Shown: positions 1 through 10,604, numbered from the stretch's first letter. The stretch is DNA of 64,000 nucleotides from Eledone cirrhosa (GCA_964016885.1 OZ024763.1:11532001-11596000), one strand, 5' to 3'. A program made the numbers and translations. The notes: a model not told the origin generated them from the sequence alone.

Positions 1-1
1 T

Positions 2-400
2 TAAGTTGGTGGCGACTGTGGTTATTTGGGCGAAATCTCTGAAGATCGTTTTTCTGGACTTACTCATGTCATGGGCAACCATAAAGCTTGAGATTGCAGG
101 GCCATCATATCTGTACAGAGCTGCACTATTTGGATGGGTTCGTTTTCTAAGGGTATTGAGGATGAATAAACTGACATGGTCAGGGTTCTCAGCCCCGTCA
201 AAGAACTCCATGATCACGTCAAACAGCGACACCCTTCCTATGTTTTCACAGTATAAGTTCTCGTGGTGCAGTAGTGACTTCCTGACATTCAAAACTATTG
301 TGATACCGAGGTCAATGAACCTAGTGAAAATTAGGGCTTTCAATAAAAGGGGTTCTGGGTGGGAACGGTAAAAGTCCGTGGTGTGGTTCTGGGGTAAAGC
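2..400 (-). other. Unassigned coding-like reading frame (133 codons, open at window edge), probably degraded
   Basis: Manual translation of the minus strand from 400 to 2 has no stop: [133 protein letters not shown]. An in-frame TGA lies at 401-403. It is missing from the ORF track because it runs off the edge. No family recognised. Confidence 0.35.
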
Positions 401-487
401 TCAGGATGGAACATTCTCGATGTTGTGAAACCAGTTGATGTGGGCGTTGCTGGAGTTTCATTGGACGGGGCCAGACGTCCATCTGAT

Positions 488-681
488 TATATATATATGT
501 ATATGTGTGTGTGTGTATATATGAATGTGTATATATGTATATATGTATATATGTGTATATATGTATATATGTATATATATGTATATATATGTATATATGT
601 ATATATATGTATATATGTATGTATATATATATATAAGTATATGTATGTATATATATAAGTATATGTATGTATGTATATATG

Positions 682-713
<32 letters not shown>

Positions 714-1366
714 CATATATATATACTTACATACATACGCACACACACGCGTGTACGTATGTATGTGTGTGCGCGTATGTAAGAATATGTGTATATATAG
801 ATGCATATATGTATGTATATGTATTTGCATATCTATGCCTATCTACGTACATTCTATTATAAATATAATATATATACATATATACATACATACACACATA
901 CACACATACATTCACACATACACACATAGCCACATTCATAAACACATATACATACATTTATTCATACATATAAATATATAGATTTATACATACATACGCA
1001 CATACACACGCATACATACATAGACACATACATAAACACACAGACGTACATTTATACATGCATATATACACATAGGTTTATACATACGTACGTACATACA
1101 CACACACATACATACGTACATACACACACGCATACTTACAACATACATACATACACACACACACATACATACATACATACATACATACATACATACATAC
1201 ATACATACATACATACATCAGTACACGCACGAACACACTCACACACATATACACACATATACACATACACACACACATATATATACACACACACGTACAC
1301 ATACACACAAACACACACACATATATATACACACACACACATATATATATATACACACGTACACAC
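488..1366. repeat. Compound (TA)n/(TG)n/(CATA)n microsatellite
   Basis: Directly visible low-complexity sequence; source of spurious YI/HT/VC ORFs. Confidence 0.95.
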
Positions 1367-1428
1367 AAGCTGTCACTTGAGATAAAGAGTTATCTATTTA
1401 CACCAACACTTCCAAGTAGTTTTAGTGG

Positions 1429-1448
1429 TCGGCCTCCAGGGGGCGACA
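1429..1448 (+). promoter_or_regulatory. Candidate CTCF-binding motif
   Basis: TCGGCCTCCAGGGGGCGACA fits the bilaterian CTCF core CCWSYAGRKGGCRS and lies in a short unique island between microsatellites. Confidence 0.35.
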
Positions 1449-1877
1449 CTGAAAGTCTATTATCTTACATTCTACTCAATATATTTCATGTATTCTTTCA
1501 GCTTGAAGGCTTCTATGTGTCTCTGTCTGTCTGTCTCTCTGTCTGTCTGTCTGTCTGTCTGTCTGAGTGTGTGTCTCTGTCTGTATGTCTGTCTGTCTGT
1601 CTGAGTGTATGTCTGTCTGTCTGCCTCAGTGTGTGTATGTCTATCTGTGTGTGTGCGCGTGTGTGTGTGTCTGTCTGTGTGGTTGTTTTTTCAAAACTTC
1701 AAGAATCCTAGACATTCTTAGTAAGGACAGCTATTATACGTTCTCAGGGTTTTCTGTTTTGAATATTGAAAACTGTTGATGGGAGGGAGGGGGGTACGGT
1801 ACACAGGTAGCAGTTCTGATAATAGAGAATAACTGTCCTTACTGAGAAGGCTTATAAAACACGCGACTAACACCATG

Positions 1878-1909
<32 letters not shown>

Positions 1910-1916
1910 TATATAG

Positions 1917-2286
1917 TGGCTGCCAACTCGTTTTCGAGTACGGCCACTACTTTAAATCCATGTAGGAGAACCCCTACCGATGCGCTGAACGAGTGTGACT
2001 TTTTAGTCCAGCCAGCGACTTGAAAACTCTGGTACAAACACTACACTTGTGACAATTATTGACACATAGTGCTGGGTCCATGGTTTCTTGGTGAGGAGGG
2101 TGACTTTGGACATCCTGCAGGACTAAAAACAAAACCTGTCAAAGGGCAAAGGAGCTCTTAAGAGTCAATGGCCATCCAAAATCACCGGGAGAGATGACCC
2201 CTTTAGCTTTTGTCAAGGCAGAATTCTAGGAGAAGGAAAACTCTGATATAACACCTGCAACCTTGATGGTATCCAATGATGTTGAC
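1917..2286 (-). mobile_element. RTE-derived non-autonomous retroelement with inverted 5' segment
   Basis: 1917-2085 matches 58948-59118 in direct orientation; 2085-2286 matches 59259-59462 in reverse complement. Confidence 0.8.
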
Positions 2287-2327
2287 ATACATACATACAT
2301 ACATACATACATACATACATACATACA

Positions 2328-3432
2328 CAAAGGTGGCCGGGGTCTAAAATCCATATTAACATCATATGAGACCTGGATAGTAACACTGAAGCAACATCTT
2401 CAACAGAGGAAAAAGGTTGGCAACCATCTTGCCCAGGTTTATGAGCATGAAGAAAAAAACATCATTAGGATAGCCACTGATCTGGAGGAGAGATATGGAA
2501 TAAAGCCTGATATAAATCTCTCACCCAGAGAAATTGGAAGATCCTATTCAATGTTCAAACAAGATGAAAAAATTGACCAATTTACAGAAAAAGTTGTGCA
2601 TGGATACTTGAGACGTAAAACACAGACCATAGAGGGGATAAACCACCCAAAAAGCTTGGCATGGAGTTCCGACAAGTTTATGACATCACACCTTGAGGGA
2701 TATCTCTATGCAATACAGGAACAAGAACTCCCTACCAAATATCTGCTGCACAAAAGAGGAGGGCCATCAGCTGACAATAAATGTAGGCTATGTAAAACAA
2801 AGATCGAAGATGTAAGCCACATTGTTGCCAGCTGCGAAAGAATGTCATCTCGCTACTACCTCCCCATGAGACACGATGGGATAGCTAGAACCATCTGGGA
2901 CGCACTTCGGAAAACAAAATTAAAAACAAACTAGGAAGAATATATTGAGACAGATGGCACTAAGGAATACTGGTGGAACCTGAAAATAAAAACTGCCACC
3001 AAATTAAAGCACAACCAGCCTGATATTGTTGTTTGGGACCACACATTGAAAACGTGTTCTGTTGTAGAGATCAGCTGCCCACTTGATGTAAACGTTGTCA
3101 GAAAAATACAGGAGAAGGAGGACATCTACCGACCATTGATGAGGAGTTTACAAATCCAGTATCCAAGATACACCTTTAGCTTCATACTCATCATTATTGG
3201 AGCTACGGGTTATATACCAACCCGCTTGGACCAACGTATAACTGAACTTGGATTTGCGGACAAAGAGCGCAGCTCCCTAATTCATAGTCTACAAATGGCT
3301 GCGATAGCTGGCACCTTCAAAATTTGCAAAACATTCTTGCGATTCAAGGGATGACAATTTCTTTTCTTTTACAACCTTGCCACCAGGAAGGTGGCCGGTC
3401 AAAAATATACTCGAAATTAAGAGAAAGAGATA
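2328..3432 (+). mobile_element. 5'-truncated R4/Dong-like non-LTR retrotransposon (RT C-terminus, CCHC knuckle, restriction-like endonuclease), pseudogenised
   Basis: GGRGL, AIQEQELPTKY, CRLCKTKIEDVSHIVASC (CCHC), RHD, then past an in-frame TAG (2932-2934) YWWNLKIKTATKLKHNQPDIVVWD...VVEISCPLD (PD-(D/E)xK type). Stop at 3354, then a short 3'UTR. Flanked by CATA repeats. Confidence 0.9.
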
Positions 3433-3440
3433 ACATACAT

Positions 3441-4010
3441 AATGGCTGCTAATTAATTCTATCGTGCAATGCCTGTGCGTGAAGATTTTTTTTTAAAGTG
3501 AGGAAAGACTGTGCACTGAGCCAATCCCACTCTCTGAGAGACAGTAGCTATAACCCGAAAAGAAGAAAAGATCAACATCATCGGTAACTACTGAGTCGCA
3601 GGTTTTATATCGGAGTTATCCCAGTTTCCTGAGTTGCCTTCTCCTAGAAGAATGCCCTGATAAAGGCTAGGGGTCCTTCACTCCCAGTGGTTTAACCGCG
3701 CGATCGGGTGTCCAGCCTGACTATTTCTGTCCCCACGCATATACATACACATGCACTCATGTATATATACATATACATACATATGTACATGTGTATATAC
3801 ATATTTACACACTTTTGGATGGCCGTTGACCCTTACGAGTTCTTCCGCCCTTTGTCAGGTTTTGTTTTTTTTGTCCTGTAGGGTGTCCAAAATCACCCTC
3901 CTCCCCAAGTAAACTAGGTGTGGGGTTGCCGGTTTAGTCGCCGACGACCCGACCATGCGACAGGTTGTACTGGGTTACATGTTACCAGTAGCACTCAAGA
4001 GTGATCCGAC
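3441..4010 (-). mobile_element. RTE-derived non-autonomous element (related subfamily), interrupted by microsatellite
   Basis: Colinear similarity to 59160-59556 (GCAATGCCTGTGC, CCTTCTCCTAGAA, TTTTGGATGGCC, GACCCGACCATG.GACAGGTTGTACTGGG) and to 20565-20659. Confidence 0.75.
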
Positions 4011-4072
4011 ATACATACATACATACATACATACATACATACATACATACATACATACATACATACGTACAT

Positions 4073-4141
<69 letters not shown>

Positions 4142-4396
4142 GTTTTCGTTAAAACTCTTGCATGATGATTTTCGATTGCGAAAATCTAAAAAAGGCACTG
4201 CCTTCGGTCGGTTTTCTTGATGTCACACTTTATAACTGTTGTGTTTACTCTGGACCTAACTTTCGATCCATTAAGTGTTTTGTGTTTGTCTTAAACGTAT
4301 CAATAGTCCCTGCTGTGCAATAGCTAAAACTTCGATTTATACCTATATATATATATATGTATGTCTGTGTCTGTGTGTGTGTGGGGGGGGGGGGGT

Positions 4397-4553
4397 ATGG
4401 TGAATTGGTAGAGTTGTTAGAACCTCACAGAGAATGCTTTATAGTATTCGTTTCGGCTCTCTGCCCTCTCAATAATAATCCTGCTAGGGTCAACTTTGCC
4501 TTCCATCCATTCTAGGTAGATTGAAAAAGTACCAGTCAAGTACTGGGGTCGAT
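4397..4553 (+). mobile_element. Diverged tRNA-derived SINE (family A)
   Basis: Contains a diverged core GGTCAACTTTGCCTTCCATCC...AAAGTACCAG shared with seven other copies in the window. Confidence 0.7.
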
Positions 4554-4988
4554 TCTTCCTCTGTATATCTTTCTCACTTCCTCTCTCTCTCTCTAGTACC
4601 AGTCAAGTACTGGGGTCGATTCTTCCTCTGTATATCTTTCTCACTTCCTCTCTCTCTCTCTAGTACCAGTCATGTACTGGGGTCGATTCTTCTTCTATAT
4701 ATCTTTCTCACTTCCTCTCTCTGTCTCTAGTATCAGTCAAGTACTGGGGTCGATTCTTCTTCTATATATCTTTCTCACTTCCTCTCTCTGTCTCTAGTAT
4801 CAGTCAAGTACTGGGGTCGATTCTTCTTCTATATATCTTTCTCACTTCCTCTCTCTGTCTCTAGTATCAGTCAAGTTCTGGGGTCGATTCTTCTTCTATA
4901 TATCTTTCTCACTTCCTCTCTCTGTCTCTAGTACCAGTCAAATACTCGGGTCGATTCTTCTTCTATATATCTTTCTCACTTCCTCTCT
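4528..4988 (+). repeat. 67-bp minisatellite x7 built from the SINE-A 3' part plus flank
   Basis: Units start at 4528, 4595, 4662, 4729, 4796, 4863 and 4930 with AGTAYCAGTCAAGTACTGGGGTCGATT. Confidence 0.9.
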
Positions 4989-5130
4989 GGAAAAAATCTG
5001 CTGTACTCAGACCTGGAGAGGAGAAAAGCGCCGCCAGGTTTGAAAGATGTCCTAGAAACGCCTTGTGTCAATATGTCACCCCTAAGGCTCCATAAGGAGT
5101 TACGGGACCACACACACTCATATATACATA

Positions 5131-6021
5131 CGAAGTGGGTCAGAAAAGTTCCAGGAGGACTGATGTCACAAAAGATTTATTTCAAACCCAAACTTCACAC
5201 CAAGAGTTTTCTCCTTCAAAGTAATCCCCCAGGAGTATGTAACTGTTTTCTTAGCTCTCTGCAGCGATCAAACTTTTTTCTTCATAATTTTATATACATG
5301 TCCTCTGTTTCAGGTCGTCAAGCAATGAGCACAGAGCAACGAACAAACTTGAAGTTTCTGGTACGGTTGGGGAAAACTCCGTCAGAAACACTGGGATTGC
5401 TGCAGCAAATATATGGAGATAAGACGATGTCACACTCACGTGTTTTTGAGTGGTGGAAGATGACCCCAGGAGCGGAAGGCCCTCAACAACCAGGACTGGG
5501 GGGTCAACGTTGAGCGCGTCAGGCAGATGGTGCGTAGCGATCGTCGGCTGACTGTTCGACTGATGGCAAATGAGCTGGGCATGAATCGGGACAGCGTCTG
5601 GAAGATTCTCACTGAAGATTTGGACATGCGGAAAGTCTGCGCGAAGATGGTGCCAAAACTGCTGAACGATGACCAGAAGAGTCGACACATGCAAGTGTGC
5701 CAGGACATCCTCGAGCCTCTTGAAACCGGACCAGACTTGCTAGGGACAGTCATCACCGGTGATGAGTCATGGATCTTCGAGTACGACCCGAAGGGGTCCC
5801 GTTTTGAAGATGTGGACGACATCAAAAAGGCCGTGACGAGGGAACTGCGGAGGATCCCGGAAGAATCCTTCCATGAGTGCATGCAAGCATGGGAGAAAAG
5901 GATGGAAAAGTGCATTAGACTCCAGGGGGGTTACTTTGAAGGAGAAAACTCTCAGTGTGGAGTTTGGGTTTGAAATAAATCTTTTGTGACATCAGTCCTG
6001 GAACTTTTCTGACACACCTCG
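5131..6021 (+). mobile_element. Internally deleted mariner (Tc1/mariner) DNA transposon with ~105-bp TIRs and TA TSD
   Basis: TA|CGAAGTGGGTCAGAAAAGTTCCAGG...CCTGGAACTTTTCTGACACACCTCG|TA. Transposase remnants: EQRTNLKFLVRLGKTPSETL (HTH), MRKVCAKMVPKLL, ITGDESWIFEYDP fused directly to KGSRFEDVDDIK...CIRLQGGYFEG, so the second and third catalytic Asp are deleted. Confidence 0.92.
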
Positions 6022-6148
6022 TATATATATATATATATATACTGTATATATATATATACATATATATATATATACTGTATATATATATATACATATATAT
6101 ATATATTATAAAAAATAAACCAAAGAAGCCTTCAATACATCAAAAGTC

Positions 6149-6200
6149 TTTATTAGCCAACAATGTTTCGTCCTATTAAGGACTCATCAGGGCAATTAAA
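6149..6200 (-). ncRNA. Minimal type I hammerhead ribozyme (Penelope-like pLTR remnant)
   Basis: Minus strand reads ttgcc-CTGATGA-gtcc-ttaata-ggac-GAAA-cattGTT-ggc: intact core, 4-bp stem II, very short stem III, GUU triplet, stem I gcc/ggc. Confidence 0.7.
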
Positions 6201-6340
6201 GCTACAAAAAGCACTATCGGCCAATACAAGCCAAAAACTCAGAAGAATATGGAGTATACATCTATTAAAGCTTAGGAAAGATATATATATATATATATTT
6301 TATATATATATAAAATCGAGTTGTGGCACACGAGTTGTGA

Positions 6341-6563
6341 TATATTAGTAAAAAGGAAAAGAAAATGCTGACAAATTTTTCCCAGTGAAAAATAGTTTAA
6401 TTAGGAATAAGTATAAATTAGTAAAAAGTATTAGTTAGTATTCAGCTTTAGTTTAAAGTTTTTACGAGTTGCGCATTTCTTATGCTTTTCAAAAATAATT
6501 TTGAGATAGGGTGCTCGTGATTTTTGCTCTAATCTGATTAGAGCAAATTTCTTTTCCTTTCTA

Positions 6564-6571
<8 letters not shown>
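6341..6571. mobile_element. (TA)n-flanked 231-bp element with 24-bp terminal inverted repeats
   Basis: 6341-6364 vs 6548-6571 match 23/24 in reverse complement; internal hairpin TTGCTCTAATC-T-GATTAGAGCAA. Confidence 0.55.
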
Positions 6572-6612
<41 letters not shown>

Positions 6613-6687
6613 TTATTTATTTATTAAAATAACAGATAAAAGTTTAAGCAAAGAATCGGTGCTTTCACCTTTAACGGGATCTTCAGA

Positions 6688-6756
<69 letters not shown>

Positions 6757-7008
6757 CCTTATCGAGCCCTCTTCGGATTTTAGTCTTCACGTTTTTATTA
6801 TTACTATATATATAAACCTGATTAGTTTTTCGTTACTTTGGTATGTATTGTGTGTTAGTTTAGCTACCACAATGTTCGATTTGTCAAGCTATTTAAACGT
6901 ATGTTATAACTCTGAGACCTATCTTATCGAGTGCTTTGCTAACCCATCACTTCATATAAGTAGGCCGAATTCGATTTTACTGATTTCCAATTATATATAT
7001 ATATATAT

Positions 7009-7406
7009 CTTTCACCGTATTTTTTTACTAAAGAAATTTTAGTCTGATAATGGGGTTTAGAACCCTCAGATAAATGGAAAAAAGATGAGTATTGACGTAC
7101 ATGGGAGTCGAACCCACATCTTTGGTTATCCAGACCACTCTGCTACAATTTACACCAACACATCACCCATGTGTTGGTGTAAATGGTGTAAATGTGATGT
7201 GTTGGTGTAAATGGTAGCACAGTGGTCTGGATAACCAAAGATGTGGGTTCGACTCCCATGTACGTCAATACTCATTTTTTCCATTTATCTGAGGGTTTTA
7301 AACCCCATTATCAGACTAAAATTTCTTTTGTCAAAAAATACGGTGAAAGCTATTCTATTTTCTAATTTCAAACCTGCTCACTGTTTCAAAATATATTTTA
7401 CTTGTC

Positions 7407-7407
<1 letters not shown>
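7009..7407. mobile_element. Head-to-head fold-back element carrying a tRNA-like head
   Basis: Arms 7009-7166 and 7194-7349 are near-perfect reverse complements. The right arm continues to (TA)n at ~7407; the left arm stops at (TA)n. Confidence 0.85.
7196..7267 (+). tRNA. 72-nt tRNA-like cloverleaf (nominal anticodon GGA; pseudo-tRNA or SINE head)
   Basis: Acceptor GATGTGT/GTACGTC (3 G-U), D stem GTGT/GCAC with loop AAATGGTA, anticodon stem TGGT/ACCA with loop CTGGATA, T arm GTGGG-TTCGACT-CCCAT, T6 run at 7275-7280. No long variable arm and a pyrimidine at position 37, so not a normal tRNA-Ser. Degenerate inverted copy at ~7093-7164. Confidence 0.6.
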
Positions 7408-7439
<32 letters not shown>

Positions 7440-7603
7440 TTAATACATTAACAGAGAAAGCTTTAAGCAATACTCCGACCGGCTTCCATCTCACTCAACA
7501 AACATTAGGATATACCTTAGTATAATCACAATTTTACGTTTGGGGTGCTAACTATATGTATTTTGCGGATAGCCAGTTGTATTATTTTATATGAGACATA
7601 ATT

Positions 7604-7649
<46 letters not shown>

Positions 7650-7678
7650 ATCAAAAGATGGTTAAATGAGTTCCATGT

Positions 7679-7747
7679 ATTTTATTATGCGCATTTCAAA
7701 AACAAATATCATCATGCAATAACATTTGTGTTTTCATCAGATAAAAT
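7679..7747 (-). ncRNA. Type I hammerhead ribozyme, family H1 (left arm of palindrome 7645-7965)
   Basis: attttat-CTGATGA-[long stem II aaacacaaatgttatt/gatgatatttgttttt]-GAAA-tgcgcATA-ataaaat: 7-bp stem I, palindromic ATGCGCAT stem/loop III, AUA triplet. Confidence 0.8.
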
Positions 7748-7860
7748 AGGAGGACATGATATGAAGGTTAAAAACACTTGTGGATAGTGCAGTTTTTCAT
7801 ATGTTGATTTAAAACTGCACTATCCACAAGTGTTTTTTAGCCTTCATATCATGTTCTCCT

Positions 7861-7929
7861 GTTTTATCTGATGAAAACACAAATGTTATTGCATGTTGAT
7901 ATTTGTTTTTGAAATGCGCATAATAAAAT
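7861..7929 (+). ncRNA. Type I hammerhead ribozyme, family H1 (right arm)
   Basis: gttttat-CTGATGA(7868-7874)...GAAA(7911-7914)-tgcgcATA-ataaaat. Confidence 0.8.
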
Positions 7930-8058
7930 ACATGGAACTCATTTAACCATCTTTTGATCTTATATATTATGTATACTCCAGTCCTACAAACTGTAGAGTG
8001 CTTCTTATCCGATATCTGCATTGCTTTATTGTACTACAATAAAACTCACCTCCTACAT

Positions 8059-8122
<64 letters not shown>

Positions 8123-8386
8123 CATACATACATAAAAGTATCTGTATATTCACGTCTGTGACTCGACAAAAGGCAATTCATTGAATAAGCATTGGGATCG
8201 TTATAATCAACAGAAATCCTTTCCTATATGTCTGTGTGTGTGTGAAAGGATTTTACTTGTACAAACACCCCTTATTAAAAGCAACACCAGCTGCTGGTAT
8301 ATATCACCAGCAGCAGCATGAGCCCGAGTGTCGTAGTCGCCCCCCCCCCCCCCCCCGCCGCTCTCTCTTTTCTCTCTCTCTCTCTC

Positions 8387-8426
<40 letters not shown>

Positions 8427-9065
8427 AGTAGAAGCTTAGTGAAATCGAAGCTTTGGCTGCGGCCAAGCCAAATACATATATATATGTGTGTGTGTGTGTG
8501 TGTGATTGATGAAGCGATATAACTCACAGCGAGGCTATGTATTGGACACGTGACGTGTCCACGATTGTGATATTATCAGCCACCATTAATTGATAATCAA
8601 CATGTTTAATGAACTGCCTGGATTGAATGTTAATTACAAGGAACATGGATGGAATTTCGGTTGAGTAATTAACATACATATGTGTGTGTGTGTGTGTGTG
8701 TCTGTGTGTGTGTGTGTGTGTGTGTTGTTATACTTGGGGAGGATCATATTGTTGTAATAATATTGCCAGAAATAATAACAGAACACACTCACTGTTTGGT
8801 TGGTTTTCACTTCTGTATCTTTTATATCTCCACAGTTAATTCATTCGGTCCTCAATGTTTACCATTGACTGACCAATGGTCTAAAATACAGATATAATAT
8901 AGATATAAATACATATGTATAGTCTAACAAAGTTCTTTCGTTGCACATCTGCGACATCATCAGTGGTACTATTATGTTCCTCCTGTTGTATTGTATATCT
9001 ACGCCATCTTTATCTAAAAATAAATTTTATACTCAACCATAAAGGAGTTACGACAAATTACATAT

Positions 9066-9114
<49 letters not shown>

Positions 9115-9199
9115 TGAGTATAAATATACATATGTGTGTGTGGAGTCCATCCTTTGAGTTTTGTTCGATGAATGCATAAAATAAATAAATAATCAACTC

Positions 9200-10268
9200 T
9201 ATCACTACCAACTGCACCACTACCAACAACACTACCATTACCATCACCACCACCAAGACCACCACCATCACCAACGCTAACAACACCACCACCATCACCA
9301 CCACCAACACCACGACCACCACCACCGCTAACAACACCACCACCATCACCACCGCTAACAAGACCACCACCATCACCACCACCAACACCACCACCACCAC
9401 CACCACCGCTAACAACACCACCACCATCACCACCGCTAACAACACCACCACCATCACCACCACCACCACCACCACAACCACAACCACCACAACCAACAAC
9501 AACGACACCACTAACACCACCACCATTACCACCACCACCACCACAACCACCAACAACGACACCACTAACACCACCACCATTACCACCACCACAACCACCA
9601 ACAACAACTCCACTAACACCACAACCACAACCACCACCACCACAACCACCAACAACAACTCCACTAACAACACTACCAACAACAACGACACCATTACCAC
9701 CACCACCATTACCACCACCACCACCACCACCACAACCACCACCACCACCACCACAACCACCACCACCAACACCACCACCACAACAACCACCACAACCACC
9801 ACAACCACCACCACAACCACCACCACCAACAACACCACCACAACCACCACCACCAACAACAACAACGACACCATTACCACCACCACCACAACCACCACCA
9901 CCACCACAACCACCACCACCAACAACACCACCACAACCACCACCACCAACAACAACAACGACACCATTACCACCACCACCACAACCACCACAACCACCAC
10001 AACCACCACCACCAACAACACCACCACAACCACCACCACCAACAACAACAACGACACCATTACCACCACCACCACAACCACCACAACCACCACCACCAAC
10101 AACACCACCACAACCACCACCACCACCAACAACAACAACGACACCATTACCACAGCCACCACAACCACCACAACCACCACCACCAACAACACCACCACAA
10201 CCACAACCACCACCAACAACAACGACACAACCACCACAACCACCACAACCACCACCACCACCATCACC
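9200..10268. repeat. (ACC/ACA)n trinucleotide-derived minisatellite
   Basis: Low-complexity CCA/CAA run with loose higher-order units; gives poly-Val and Gly/Cys ORFs. Confidence 0.9.
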
Positions 10269-10604
10269 AGCTATCACTGGCCTTTCACGAGTGAATTACC
10301 AATCAGATTGGATGACAGACTGATCAAAGCCCAATGACTTTTGATGATCGGTTATAAAACTATCTCCGTCATTGAAACTTCTATCGATTTGTATTATTAG
10401 CTTCCTGTCTGTACGTTCCCAACTGGTTCCTCTGACCCGACACAACTAAACAACCAACAATTACAACAGACAAGATCCTCATAGCAACTTTCACAAACAT
10501 ACAGTATATATCATCTACACACTACACTGCTTTCTCCTGCCATCTCGCCATCTTGCAGACGATAGCGGGATGTCATGGGATGTCATCTCTCTCTCTCTTT
10601 CTCG

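Noticed and set aside
6655-6690. Minus-strand CTGAAGA...GAAA hammerhead-like core
   Set aside because: Weak stem II, no NUH triplet and no stem I; at best a decayed remnant.
7119-7135. TCTTTGGTTATC resembles the 5' end of miR-9
   Set aside because: The match ends after 12 nt, and it is the antisense of the tRNA-like anticodon arm.
9014-10277. 409-aa Gly/Cys-rich and 417-aa poly-Val ORFs resembling structural proteins
   Set aside because: They are translations of an (ACC/ACA)n tract, begin at non-ATG codons and run into (TA)n; no signal peptide or splice support.
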